DNA of 64,000 nucleotides from an uncultured delta proteobacterium. Lineage in GTDB: Bacteria > Desulfobacterota > Binatia > Binatales > Binataceae. Below, piece by piece: positions 38,044 through 48,917 of this stretch; position 1 is the first letter of the stretch, and each line of letters begins with the position of its first letter. The notes under the pieces are model-generated. The model was not told where the DNA came from and made no database searches. It saw nothing but the letters and a program-made list of their open reading frames with translations. The stretch spans positions 864,001 to 928,000 of the forward strand of contig CAVQEQ010000001.1 in assembly GCA_963711565.1 (NCBI GenBank), in the 5' to 3' direction. Both the position numbers and the translations under genes were made by a program.

Positions 38044-38646
38044 ATGAACGGGCTGAACGGGTTCGACTACGTTGCGATCGCGCTGTTCGCGGTCGGCGCA
38101 ATCTACGGACTACAAAGGGGCGCGCTCAGGATGGTGACGTCGGTGGTAGCGCTGGCGGCCGCCGTCTATTGCGCGTCGTTCTACTACAACAAGGCCGGGG
38201 CGCTCGCGGAGACGCAGCTCGGATCCTCGCACGCAGTGGGCGCAGTAATCGGCTTCGTCGCGGTCTTCGCTTTGATCTTCGCAGCCGTGGAAATTATCGG
38301 CTCGTCGGCGATTCGTCTCGCGCAGATCGTTCACCTGAGCCCGCTGGATCGATTGGCCGGCGCCATTCTCGGTGCGGGCATCGCAGCAGTCTTTGCGGGA
38401 TTGGCCGTGATGCTGATGGCGGCGGTGATGCCGCCTGACGCGGCTCTGCTGCACAACTCGCAACTGGTGCCGATGCTGCTGGCATACAACGAGATTCTGG
38501 TGGGATACATCCCGGGCGACGCGAAGCTCGCCTACGAGCACAATCGCGACGACCTGATGAAATACTGGGTGCAGAACGCGGTGAAGGTCGCGAACTCCGC
38601 GCCGGCACCGTCGCCTGCCGCCTCGCCTTCGCCTTCGACGAAGTGA
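38044..38646 (+). CDS. cvpA: CvpA family membrane protein
   Basis: FDYVAI..YGLQRG, LSPLDRLAGAILG, SQLVP. Confidence 0.85.
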   Translation: MNGLNGFDYVAIALFAVGAIYGLQRGALRMVTSVVALAAAVYCASFYYNKAGALAETQLGSSHAVGAVIGFVAVFALIFAAVEIIGSSAIRLAQIVHLSPLDRLAGAILGAGIAAVFAGLAVMLMAAVMPPDAALLHNSQLVPMLLAYNEILVGYIPGDAKLAYEHNRDDLMKYWVQNAVKVANSAPAPSPAASPSPSTK

Positions 38647-38655
38647 TCGGAAAAT

Positions 38656-38994
38656 CTAGAAGACGTTCAGCGTGCCCAAGTGCCGATGAGCGGCGAGGGC
38701 CTTGCCGGCACGTCTTTTCACGCGCTCATCCGGATCGCGCCGAAACTTCTCAAGGACGGCGAGGATGCGCGTCTCGTAGACCGAAGGGGAACCGTCGCAA
38801 AGCACGTGAACAAGCCATCGGCGCACGTGCGGATCGGGATCGTCGGCCATCTCGATGAATCGATCCCAAATCTGCGAATCGTGGACCTTAACCTCACACG
38901 GACACAGAGCCCGCACAGCTTCGAGCCGTGCTTTAGAATCGCCGTCTCTGCTCAGTTCGAGCAGGCGCGGAATCTCTGAGCCCGGAGTGCGCAT
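38656..38994 (-). CDS. HEAT repeat domain protein
   Basis: RLEAVRALCPC, DPDPHVRR, DPDERVKRRA. Confidence 0.75.
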   Translation of the reverse strand: MRTPGSEIPRLLELSRDGDSKARLEAVRALCPCEVKVHDSQIWDRFIEMADDPDPHVRRWLVHVLCDGSPSVYETRILAVLEKFRRDPDERVKRRAGKALAAHRHLGTLNVF

Positions 38995-39048
38995 CGCAAC
39001 CTTGAGATGAAAATGATCGCTGCGGAATTTTGCGTTCGCAGATCGCGC

Positions 39049-39381
39049 TTACGCGATTGCGCCGTCAACGGCCTGCACCAGCCGGGCCTTCGGCACCGCG
39101 CCGATGATCTGTTCCTTGACCTGCCCGCCCTTGATGATGAGCAGATTCGGGATGCCGCGGACGCCGTAACGTCCGGGAGTCTGCGGATTGTCGTCAACGT
39201 TGATCTTCGCAATCTTCAGGCGGCCGGAATACTCGCCCGCGAGATCGTCGAGGATCGGCGCGATCGCGCGGCATGGTCCGCACCACGGCGCCCAGAAATC
39301 GACCAGCACGGGAGTGTCGGACTTCAGAACTTCCTGGTCAAAGCTCGCGTCGGTAACGTGAACGATTTTGTCGCTGGACAT
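39049..39381 (-). CDS. trxA: Thioredoxin
   Basis: [16 protein letters not shown]. Confidence 0.97.
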   Translation of the reverse strand: MSSDKIVHVTDASFDQEVLKSDTPVLVDFWAPWCGPCRAIAPILDDLAGEYSGRLKIAKINVDDNPQTPGRYGVRGIPNLLIIKGGQVKEQIIGAVPKARLVQAVDGAIA

Positions 39382-39514
39382 CGGAACTTATTCTCCTGTG
39401 CTGTGGGTCGCAGCTTGAACATAAGTACGGCTGGGCACCCAGTCAAGGCGGCCGTTCGGGCGCGCGCGATTTGCACTTGATCCAGTTGCCGAATCCACTA
39501 CCCTTGGAGGCGCC

Positions 39515-39835
39515 ATGCCTGCACCAATGATGAATGACGTGTTGCCCGACCTGCTCGAGGAGATGGTTTATCTGCTCAAGCAGCAGGGCGCCGATCCGCT
39601 CGAATCCAAGCTGCGCGCGCTGAGAATCGAATCGGTTTGCGATTGTGGCGACGAGAATTGCGCGAGCTTCGCGACCGCTGCCGAGGTGAAGGTCGCCAAC
39701 TACGTCGAGCTGCAATCGATCGAGGGCCAGGTCATTATCGACTTGAACGCCAACGACGACATCTGTTTCATCGAGGTGCTCGGCCGTCCCGACGTAAAAT
39801 ATCTGCTCGAGGAATTTTACGACGCGCAGAGCTGA
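39515..39835 (+). CDS. Small acidic hypothetical protein with CxCxxxxC motif
   Basis: RBS GGAGG, host-like codon usage, VCDCGDENCASF. Confidence 0.75.
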   Translation: MPAPMMNDVLPDLLEEMVYLLKQQGADPLESKLRALRIESVCDCGDENCASFATAAEVKVANYVELQSIEGQVIIDLNANDDICFIEVLGRPDVKYLLEEFYDAQS

Positions 39836-39853
39836 GCGGCGCGCCTCGCGACT

Positions 39854-40702
39854 CTAGCCCGCTGCACGCTTCTGCGGCGCGACGCTGAACCGCTCGACGA
39901 ACCCCGCGACCTCATCCACCACCCGCTCTTTCTCGCTGTCCACCGTGATCACGTGGTAGCTCTCCTCGAGCTCGACCGCGCGCTTCTCGGCGCTGCCCAG
40001 ATGCCTCATCACGTAGTCGAGATTTTTCCGCATCGGGCACGTGTGATCGCGCGGGGCATGCATCACCAGCGCGGGCTGTGTGATCCGCGACAGCATCGGC
40101 TTCACCATCGCGCTCAACTCGAACAGCTTCAACGGCGCCGACAACGGCATCAGATGACAAGTGGGATGCACCGACTTTGCCGCCGCGTCGTGGATGTCCG
40201 ATCCCCCGCGACTGTACAAGTAGATGCTGTCGACGAGTGAGCCGAGTAGTCCGCGCAAGCCTTTCAGCATGATGGTGGTTGAACGCGGCAGAAAAAATGC
40301 CGGAGAGAGCAGCGTCACTCCCGCGATCGCCTCGCCTTGATCCGCAGTGAGCCGCGCCGCCAACACCGCGCCCATCGACAGTCCGACTACCACGACCGGC
40401 TCGCCGTGTTGCCGCAGCTCCTCGAGTCCGTTGACGACGCTTTCATACCAATTGTCGTAACCTGCCTCGCCCAACTCCTCCGGCGTTCCGGCGTGACCCG
40501 CCAGTTTGACGCCGCGCACGCGCACGCCGCGGGCAGCCAGCCGCTCGCCAAGGTAGCGCATCTCGTAGGGAGTTCCCGTCAGACCGTGAACCAGCAGCGC
40601 GCTGACTCCGGCGCCGGGAAAGAAAAACTCGTTGGTATCGACGCCCGCTGACTGGCGCGATGGAGGTTCGTCGGAATCCGATTTCATCGTTGGTATTGCC
40701 AC
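39854..40702 (-). CDS. Carboxylesterase (YvaK/Est30-like alpha/beta hydrolase)
   Basis: LLVHGLTGTPYEM, LAGHAG, GLSMGA, SYHVITVD; RBS AAGGAG before GTG 40702. Confidence 0.9.
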   Translation of the reverse strand: MAIPTMKSDSDEPPSRQSAGVDTNEFFFPGAGVSALLVHGLTGTPYEMRYLGERLAARGVRVRGVKLAGHAGTPEELGEAGYDNWYESVVNGLEELRQHGEPVVVVGLSMGAVLAARLTADQGEAIAGVTLLSPAFFLPRSTTIMLKGLRGLLGSLVDSIYLYSRGGSDIHDAAAKSVHPTCHLMPLSAPLKLFELSAMVKPMLSRITQPALVMHAPRDHTCPMRKNLDYVMRHLGSAEKRAVELEESYHVITVDSEKERVVDEVAGFVERFSVAPQKRAAG

Positions 40703-40710
40703 GCGCTCCT

Positions 40711-42624
40711 TTAGGTTGACGACCCGGCCGCAAGCTGATCGCTGTCGATATTTATCTTCGCCTGATCTTTCAGTGAATCGAGAAAGTGCGTCCACGCCTG
40801 CGCGCGGCGCTGCTCGATATATTCCTGCATGAACGCTTTCTGCGCGCTTTTCCATTCGTCGTCGGTCGGCTCGGCGCGCGAGGTAACTTCGAACAGGTAC
40901 GCGTTGCCGCCGTTCTCCATCACGTGATCGATGACTCCGGGAATCACCGGCACGTCCGCGGCCGCGTCGGTCACCTCGGGAAATTCGCCGATACCGGGGA
41001 CAGTGCGGTCGGCGCGCACGAACGGATCGACATTTTTAACTGCGAGATTGTTCGCCGCCGCCGCTTTGTCGAGGTCTGCGGGATTCTTGATCGTGGCGAG
41101 GATCTTCTGCGCCTGCGCGCTCGCATCCGCCTGCGCGGTCGTGCGGATTACCGCGTCGCGCACCTGCGCTTCGATTTCCTTCAGCGGCGGAATTCGCGAC
41201 GGCTGCCGCACCAGCAGCTTGATCACGTAAGGCGCGCCCTTCTCCGGCACCAGCGCAACCTGGCCCGCGTCGAGCTTGAACGCCGCCTCCATCAGTTGCT
41301 GGTCCTGCTCGAGTCCGCCGGCCGGCTCGCCCTGCGCAAACAAAGGCGTCTCGATAACGTCGATTCCGCGCTTCTTCGCAAGGTCCTCGAGCTTGTCGCC
41401 CGAGAGCGCCGCCTCGAGGTCCTCCTGCGCCGCCGATCGCCCGAGCTTCGCGCCGGCCTGCGTGCGCATTTCGTCGATTATCTTCGGCTTCGCCTCGGCG
41501 AGCGTGTCGATATGCGCCGGCGTCGAAGCCTCGAGCTTGACGACATGAAAGCCGAACTGCGTCTCGACCAGCGCGATCTGTCCCGGCTTCATCGCAAACA
41601 CCGCGTCCTCGAACGGCTTGACCATCTGCCCGCGGCCGAAGGAGCCGAGGTCGCCGCCCTGCAGCTTGTTCGACGTGTCATCGGAATACTTCGCCGCCAG
41701 CTTTACGAAATCGCCTCCCGCTTGCGCCTGCTTGAGCACGTTGAGCGCCTTGGTTTTCGCCGCGGCCTTCTCCTTGGCGGTCGCGCCCGCGGGCACCGCG
41801 ATCAGGATGTGCGCCGCGTGAACCTCGTCGGGATGCGTGAAGCGCTCCTTGGCGTTGTTCTTGTAGTAGGCCTCGACTTCCTTGTCGGGCGGCGTGTACT
41901 TGGCGGCCAGCACGAGCGGATCGTAATGGATGTAGGCCAGCTTGATCCGCGCGGGTTCGCGGAATTGCTCGGAGTTCTTTTTGTAGTAATCGGAAATCTG
42001 AGCTTCGCTCGGCGAAATCTTTCCGACGAAGTCGGTGGAGGCAAATTCGACGTAGCGCAGTCCGATCTTTTCGTTGGCAAGATTGTAGTCGTGACGCGCC
42101 TCGTCGTCGCTCACCTGCACGCCCGAGTCGATCATGTTGCGCAGAGTGTCCGCGATCATGCGGTCGCGTTCCTCGCCTTCATATTCAGCCGGCAGCAGAT
42201 TGTTGTCGCGCAGCACCTCCTGGTACGTATCGAAGTCGAACTGTCCGTCGCGCTGAAAAACCGGCTCCTTGGCGATTTTATCCTGCAGCGCTTCGTCGCT
42301 GATGCTGATGCCGAGATGGCGCGCCTCGTCGCCGATCAGTTGTTCCTCGATCAGCCGCTCGACTGCTTCCTGCCGAACATTGATGCTCTTGAGCACTTCC
42401 TGCGCGTTGGCGCCGTATACCTGCTGCAAGGTTGCGCGCAGTTGCGTCGCCTCGCGATCGACTTGATCGCCAAGTATCTGCTGGCCATTGACGGTCGCAA
42501 TCGGATGGACGGTGTTGAACAGTCCCCCGCCCCCGAAACCCCAAAAGGCCATGGTAAGAGCGAGGAAGGCGAACGTGGCCTGCACCTGCCACGAGTATTG
42601 ATAACGGCGAATTCCTTCTAACAT
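40711..42624 (-). CDS. ppiD: Periplasmic folding chaperone, PpiD/SurA family with parvulin domain
   Basis: N-terminal TM, IATVNG, FQRDGQFD..Y, AAHILI, AKYSDD...GGDLG.F.RGQMVKPFEDAVF, TQFGFHVVK. Confidence 0.88.
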   Translation of the reverse strand: MLEGIRRYQYSWQVQATFAFLALTMAFWGFGGGGLFNTVHPIATVNGQQILGDQVDREATQLRATLQQVYGANAQEVLKSINVRQEAVERLIEEQLIGDEARHLGISISDEALQDKIAKEPVFQRDGQFDFDTYQEVLRDNNLLPAEYEGEERDRMIADTLRNMIDSGVQVSDDEARHDYNLANEKIGLRYVEFASTDFVGKISPSEAQISDYYKKNSEQFREPARIKLAYIHYDPLVLAAKYTPPDKEVEAYYKNNAKERFTHPDEVHAAHILIAVPAGATAKEKAAAKTKALNVLKQAQAGGDFVKLAAKYSDDTSNKLQGGDLGSFGRGQMVKPFEDAVFAMKPGQIALVETQFGFHVVKLEASTPAHIDTLAEAKPKIIDEMRTQAGAKLGRSAAQEDLEAALSGDKLEDLAKKRGIDVIETPLFAQGEPAGGLEQDQQLMEAAFKLDAGQVALVPEKGAPYVIKLLVRQPSRIPPLKEIEAQVRDAVIRTTAQADASAQAQKILATIKNPADLDKAAAANNLAVKNVDPFVRADRTVPGIGEFPEVTDAAADVPVIPGVIDHVMENGGNAYLFEVTSRAEPTDDEWKSAQKAFMQEYIEQRRAQAWTHFLDSLKDQAKINIDSDQLAAGSST

Positions 42625-42810
42625 TGAAACGCAATCATACTTTACTGCCTTTTCGGTAAGCAATTGACCGTGGTTGCTTGCTTGCGCCGCCGGTCCTCTG
42701 TTAGCTTGTCCCGCAGCGGCAATCTGACGGACCCAAACGTCTCCGCCAACGAATTCTTCAACATTTGGGCCGCGTCTCGGGTGGTATTCGGGCTGGGGCT
42801 TGGTGCCTGA

Positions 42811-43875
<1,065 letters not shown>

Positions 43876-43884
43876 AGACGATTT

Positions 43885-43947
43885 GCCATCCAGACGAAGC
43901 GGGCAACGCGACTTTCTTGTGTCATCCTGACAAAGCGAGCAACGCGA
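43885..43947. repeat. Two-unit direct repeat (36-bp period), GTCATCCTGA-like
   Basis: GCCATCCAGACGAAGCGGGCAACGCGA and GTCATCCTGACAAAGCGAGCAACGCGA. Confidence 0.6.
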
Positions 43948-44049
43948 GCGGCAGGACATGGCTTCTGGCTTCCGGACAGCGGCGCGCAAGCGCCGCCGGT
44001 TCCGGTCTCCCAATTCGCGCGTCGCGCGCGCTCCACTTGAGATGAACGG

Positions 44050-44898
44050 ATGAGAGGCACCTTTCTCTGGCGCAACCGCGTGCTGCTGACCGGCGGCGTG
44101 CTGCTGATTCTCTCGCTTCATCTGATCTCGACCGGCGTCCATCCCGGTGATCTCGCCGCGCGTCCGGAGTCCGCCTTCCTGGAAATCATCAGCCCCGTCG
44201 CCGCCGCCTTCACTCATCTGAGCGACGGCGCCTCGTCGATCGAGCGCGACTATCTCGACCTGGTCCACGTCCGCGATGAAAACGCGCAGTTGCGGATCGA
44301 ACTCGCGCGGGTCAAGAGCGATCAGGCGCGATTGGCCGAGCTCGAAGTCGAAAATCAGCACCTCGGCGAACTGCTCGAGCTCAGGGACGCGCTCGGCACC
44401 AACGCGGTCGCCGCCAACGTGATCGGCAGCGACGCCACCGGTCTTTCGCGCACTCTCGTTCTCAGTTCGGGCACCGACAACGGACTTCGCCCAGGGATGG
44501 CCGTGCTCGCCAACCAGGGCGTCGTCGGCAAGATCATCGCCGTCAGCCCCAACGCCTCGCGCGTGCTGCTGATCGACGATCACAACTCCGCGCTCGACGG
44601 TTTCGATCAGCGCACGCGTGCGCGTGGAATCGTAGCCGGGATGGTCGATGACGGATTGATCTTGAAGTACGCCGATCGCTCGCAGGACATCCGCGCCGGC
44701 GACACGATCGTGACCTCGGGCCTCGACGGCATTTTCCCGCGCGGCCTGCTGGTCGGCTCGATCCTGAGCGTGCACCGCGAAGGGCCGGGACTTTTTCTTG
44801 GCGTAAAGATCGCGCCCGCGGTCGATTTTCGCCAACTCGAGCAGGTGCTGATACTGACTCAGCCGCCGCCCCATCTCGAAGATTCGGACAAGGACTGA
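44050..44898 (+). CDS. mreC: Rod shape-determining protein MreC
   Basis: TM, coiled coil with ENQHLGELL, GVVGKI, GDTIVTSGLDGIFPRGL. Confidence 0.96.
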   Translation: MRGTFLWRNRVLLTGGVLLILSLHLISTGVHPGDLAARPESAFLEIISPVAAAFTHLSDGASSIERDYLDLVHVRDENAQLRIELARVKSDQARLAELEVENQHLGELLELRDALGTNAVAANVIGSDATGLSRTLVLSSGTDNGLRPGMAVLANQGVVGKIIAVSPNASRVLLIDDHNSALDGFDQRTRARGIVAGMVDDGLILKYADRSQDIRAGDTIVTSGLDGIFPRGLLVGSILSVHREGPGLFLGVKIAPAVDFRQLEQVLILTQPPPHLEDSDKD

Positions 44899-44903
44899 CG
44901 CGG

Positions 44904-45428
44904 TTGCGCCTCATCCTGCTGTTCGCGGTTTTCGTCGTGGTGGGATTGGCATTCGAGTCCGCGGGCGCGCGCATCGTTACCTTCCGCTCGCTGATTCCCA
45001 ACCTGATCATCATACTCGCCGTCGATCTCGGCCTGCGCCATCACGGCGTGATGCCCGCAATCCTGGCATTCGCGATGGGCTATGCGACCGACGCGCTCGC
45101 CGGTTCGCATCCGGGCCTCAACGCCTTCATGACGACGATGGTCTTCCTCGTGAGCTACGAGATTTCAACGCGCCTGATGGTGGCGAACGCATTCGTCGGC
45201 GCGACGGTGGTCTTCTTCGGCGTGATCGCGACGGCACTCGGCACCATCGCAATCGCCAACGGCTTCAACGCCCTCTCCGACACCGGTCCCCTGATGCCCG
45301 CCCTGACCCTTCAAGCCTTCATCACCGCCCTAATCGCCCCCTTCATCTTCTCGATGCTGGCCCTGAGCAAACGTCTGACAGGATTGCCTGACGGATCAGG
45401 CCGAGACGCCCGAGGACGCGACCGGTGA
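44904..45428 (+). CDS. mreD: Rod shape-determining protein MreD
   Basis: Hydrophobic, PNLIIIL, GYATDALAG..GLNA; operon position. Confidence 0.88.
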   Translation: MRLILLFAVFVVVGLAFESAGARIVTFRSLIPNLIIILAVDLGLRHHGVMPAILAFAMGYATDALAGSHPGLNAFMTTMVFLVSYEISTRLMVANAFVGATVVFFGVIATALGTIAIANGFNALSDTGPLMPALTLQAFITALIAPFIFSMLALSKRLTGLPDGSGRDARGRDR

Positions 45429-45521
45429 TCGCGATGAACTTCGACTCACGGCAAGCATCGAGACAGGATTGCCTGCGAGCGAGGCGCGCGGATACATTGT
45501 AGAGTCAGTCGGGAACCATCA

Positions 45522-47405
45522 GTGGCGAAGTTCCACATCCCCAGAAGCAATAATCGGCCGGTGCCGCTGCTGGAACCGCGCATCGTGACGTTGACCGTCC
45601 TGATGTTCGCGATTCTCGGCGTCGTCTCCGTCCGCTTGTATTACCTGCAGGTGCTGCATCATAAGGAAAATGTCGAGCTGGCCGATCGCAACCGCATTCG
45701 CCTCCAGCGCGTGCCGGCCCCGCGCGGATTGGTCTTCGATCGCAATCACCGTCCGCTGGTCGATACGCGTCCCTCGTTCGACGCGCAAATCGTGCCCGAG
45801 GATTCCGACAATCTTTCGCTGACGATTGAACGGCTCGAGCGCTACACCGGCGCCGATCAGATTGCGGACAAAATCTCCGACGCCGATGAGGCCGGCCGTC
45901 CACCGTACGAACCAATCACCGTCGCCGAGCGTCTAGGATGGCGGCAGGTGGTCGCGCTCGAGACTCATCAGCTCGAGCTGCCCGGCGTCAGTCTGCAAAT
46001 CACCCCCGCGCGTCATTACCTGTACGGCCAGCTCGCCGCCCATCTGCTCGGCTACGTAGGCGAGGTGACGGTGGCCGATCTCAAGGCGCATGCGGACTAT
46101 CACATGGGCGACGAGATCGGAAAATTCGGCCTCGAGCGCGTGTGGGAAAGTTTCCTGCGCGGCGACGCCGGCGGACAGGAGATCGAAGTTGACGCCGTCG
46201 GGCGGCGCCTCCGTGTGCTCAAGGAAATCGCCGACACGCCCGGCGAAAGCCTCGTCATGACGATCGACCTGAATCTGCAGCAGGCGGCGGAGGACGCGAT
46301 GGCCGGGAAGAACGGCGCTTTCGTGGCGCTCGATCCGCGCAACGGCGACGTGCTCGCGATGGTTTCGCATCCGGCTTTCGACCCCGACATCTTCGGCGGC
46401 GGCGTGAAGGCGTCGGCATGGAAAGAACTGACCACCGACCCGAACCATCCACTTGAAAATCGCGTCATCCAGGGAATTTATCCGCCCGGCTCGACTTTCA
46501 AAATCGTCGATTCGATCGCCGGACTGCAGGAAGGCACGCTGAAGCCTGAAACCGAATACACCTGCCCCGGCGGCCTGTGGTTCGGCGGGCGCGAGTATCA
46601 CTGCTGGCGCAAGCAGGGTCATGGCACTATCGATCTGCACGAAGCGATCGTGCGCTCGTGCGACGTGTATTTTTACAACGTCGGCGAAAAACTCGGCGTC
46701 GATCGGATCGCGAAATGGTCCAATCAGCTGGGACTCGGCCTCAAGACCGGCATCGATCTCGATCACGAGAATCCCGGCACCATCCCGTCGTCGGCATGGA
46801 AGCAGAAGCGTTACCACGAGCGATGGTATCCCGCGGAGACGCTCTCGGTCGCCATCGGCCAGGGTTACGTCGCAACCACGCCGCTCCAGATGGCGCAGGT
46901 CGCCGCCGAGGTAGCGAACGGCGGCATCCGCTACAAGCCGCAATTCGTCAAATACGTCGAAGGACTCGACGGCAATATCGCCAAGACGTATCCGCCGGTG
47001 ATCGAGAACCGGATCGCGATCGATCCCGACGCGCTCGAAGACGTCAAGGACGCGATGGCTGACGTCGTCAACGGCGCCGGCGGCACCGCGCACAAGGCCC
47101 ATCTCGACAACGTCATCGTATGCGGCAAGACCGGCACGGCGCAGGTCGTCGGCGACAAGGGTGGTGGAGGCGGGGACGACGAGGAGGAAAAGAATACGCC
47201 CGAGAACCTCAAGGACCATGCGTGGTTCATCGCGTTCGCGCCCAAGGATCATCCGACTATCGCCGCCGCCTGCATCATCGAGCACGGCGGTCATGGCGGC
47301 AGCGCGTCGGCGCCCGTGATTCACAACGTCTTCCAGCGTTACTTCCAGCTCAATCCGCCGCCGCCGCAACCCGCAATCGCGCGCGTGCTCGACAGCTCGC
47401 CATGA
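45522..47405 (+). CDS. mrdA: Penicillin-binding protein 2
   Basis: APRGLVFDRN, PGSTFK (SxxK), SCD, GKTGTAQ, HAWFIAFAP. Confidence 0.96.
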   Translation: MAKFHIPRSNNRPVPLLEPRIVTLTVLMFAILGVVSVRLYYLQVLHHKENVELADRNRIRLQRVPAPRGLVFDRNHRPLVDTRPSFDAQIVPEDSDNLSLTIERLERYTGADQIADKISDADEAGRPPYEPITVAERLGWRQVVALETHQLELPGVSLQITPARHYLYGQLAAHLLGYVGEVTVADLKAHADYHMGDEIGKFGLERVWESFLRGDAGGQEIEVDAVGRRLRVLKEIADTPGESLVMTIDLNLQQAAEDAMAGKNGAFVALDPRNGDVLAMVSHPAFDPDIFGGGVKASAWKELTTDPNHPLENRVIQGIYPPGSTFKIVDSIAGLQEGTLKPETEYTCPGGLWFGGREYHCWRKQGHGTIDLHEAIVRSCDVYFYNVGEKLGVDRIAKWSNQLGLGLKTGIDLDHENPGTIPSSAWKQKRYHERWYPAETLSVAIGQGYVATTPLQMAQVAAEVANGGIRYKPQFVKYVEGLDGNIAKTYPPVIENRIAIDPDALEDVKDAMADVVNGAGGTAHKAHLDNVIVCGKTGTAQVVGDKGGGGGDDEEEKNTPENLKDHAWFIAFAPKDHPTIAAACIIEHGGHGGSASAPVIHNVFQRYFQLNPPPPQPAIARVLDSSP

Positions 47406-47421
47406 CAGGAGTGCGGCCCTG

Positions 47422-48525
47422 ATGGCGGCCGGCGATCGCAGGTACATACTTCATTTCGACTGGACCTTGTTCATCCTGGTCCTCGCGCTGGCGGGAATCG
47501 GGCTGATCAGCGTCATCAGCGCGTCGTACGGCGGCCATAAGATCATCGACCCGCTGGTGATTCATCAGTTCATTTGGATCGCAGTCGGAACCGCCGCGTT
47601 GCTCGTCGCCGTGCTCGTTGACTATCGCGCGCTGCAGTCCTACGCCTACCCGTTTTACGTGCTCGTGATCGGACTGCTGATTGCCGTGATGGTTGCAGGT
47701 CATGCCACCGGCGGCTCGCGTCGATGGATCAACCTCGGCGTTTTTCATCTCGAGCCTTCCGAGCTCGCGAAGCTCGCCGTCGTGCTCGTGATGGTGCGTT
47801 ATCTGCGCGAGGAGCCGCCGAAAGGTGGATGGGGCCTGCGCCATCTGATCATTCCGTTCATCCTGCTTGGCATCCCCGCCGCGCTCGTGCTCAAACAGCC
47901 GGACCTCGGCACAGGACTGGTCCTCGTGCTGATCACGATTACGCTGGTGTTCGTCGCAGGTCTGAACTGGCGCACGATGCTGGTGCTCGCGATGGCCGGG
48001 ATGCTCGCGGCTCCCCTGAGTTGGCATTATCTCAAACCGTATCAGCGCCAGCGCCTGGTCAGCTTCATCAATCCGCAGGCCGACCCGCTCGGCTCCGGCT
48101 ATCACATCATCCAGTCTGAAATCGCAATCGGCGCCGGCGGCCCGACGGGCAAGGGATTTCTGAACGGCACGCAGGCGCGGCTGAATTTTCTGCCCGAGCA
48201 GAGCACCGATTTTATCTTCGCGGTCTTCGCTGAGGAGTTCGGCCTGGCAGGGGCGCTGCTCTTGCTGGGATTGTATGCGAGCGTGATTGCGCGCGGCGCA
48301 TATATTGCGCGCCACGCGCGCGACCGCTTCGGCGCGTTGCTTGCGATCGGACTGACGGCGATCGTCTTCTGGCAGGTCGCGGTCAACATCGGAATGGCGA
48401 CCGGGATGCTGCCGGTGGTGGGAATCACGCTGCCGCTGGTAAGTTACGGCGGCTCGTCGCTGATCGCGATGATGGCGGCGATGGGCATTCTGATCAGCAT
48501 CAACACCCGCCGCTACCTGTTCTGA
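47422..48525 (+). CDS. rodA: SEDS peptidoglycan polymerase RodA
   Basis: GSRRWI, EPSELAK, QPDLGT, DPLGSGYHIIQS, LPEQSTDFIF, LPLVSYGGSS. Confidence 0.96.
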   Translation: MAAGDRRYILHFDWTLFILVLALAGIGLISVISASYGGHKIIDPLVIHQFIWIAVGTAALLVAVLVDYRALQSYAYPFYVLVIGLLIAVMVAGHATGGSRRWINLGVFHLEPSELAKLAVVLVMVRYLREEPPKGGWGLRHLIIPFILLGIPAALVLKQPDLGTGLVLVLITITLVFVAGLNWRTMLVLAMAGMLAAPLSWHYLKPYQRQRLVSFINPQADPLGSGYHIIQSEIAIGAGGPTGKGFLNGTQARLNFLPEQSTDFIFAVFAEEFGLAGALLLLGLYASVIARGAYIARHARDRFGALLAIGLTAIVFWQVAVNIGMATGMLPVVGITLPLVSYGGSSLIAMMAAMGILISINTRRYLF

Positions 48526-48547
48526 TTTTCTCGACGAGGTAACGCAG

Positions 48548-48796
48548 ATGGCGCGCAAGAAAAAGTTCACCGATCCTATAGACATCGAAATCGTCGAGGT
48601 CCATGCCCGGTTCGTCGAGGTGATGGAAAACGTCAGGCTCGAAACGATCAGCCCCGAGATGAAGCTGGGCTATTTGACGATCATGAAAACGCTGACGGAA
48701 AAGCTCGCGATGCCGAGCAAGCCGCTGCACGAAATCATGGGCGAGATCATGGCCAACGCCGGCCCGATGATCTTCCAGGCGATGCAGAAGCGCTAG
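48548..48796 (+). CDS. Small Met-rich hypothetical protein
   Basis: RBS GAGGT, host-like codon usage, 22 bp after rodA. Confidence 0.75.
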   Translation: MARKKKFTDPIDIEIVEVHARFVEVMENVRLETISPEMKLGYLTIMKTLTEKLAMPSKPLHEIMGEIMANAGPMIFQAMQKR

Positions 48797-48798
48797 CG

Positions 48799-48831
48799 AA
48801 AAAGAGGCGGCTCTGAATGAACCACCTTTTT
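48799..48831 (+). terminator. Intrinsic terminator-like hairpin ending the mre/mrd operon
   Basis: AAAAAGAGGCGGCTC-TGAAT-GAACCACCTTTTT. Confidence 0.55.
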
Positions 48832-48917
48832 CGTGCCCAATGCCTCACCCCCGATACCAGCTCGAACCGTGGATTTGCAAACACATGGTGTCAGTGCAAA
48901 CTTGATTCAGGATTCAA

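Noticed and set aside
40786-42621. 611-aa plus-strand ORF
   Set aside because: Antisense shadow of ppiD with no recognisable motifs
45933-48585. Long minus-strand ORFs over mrdA and rodA
   Set aside because: Antisense shadows
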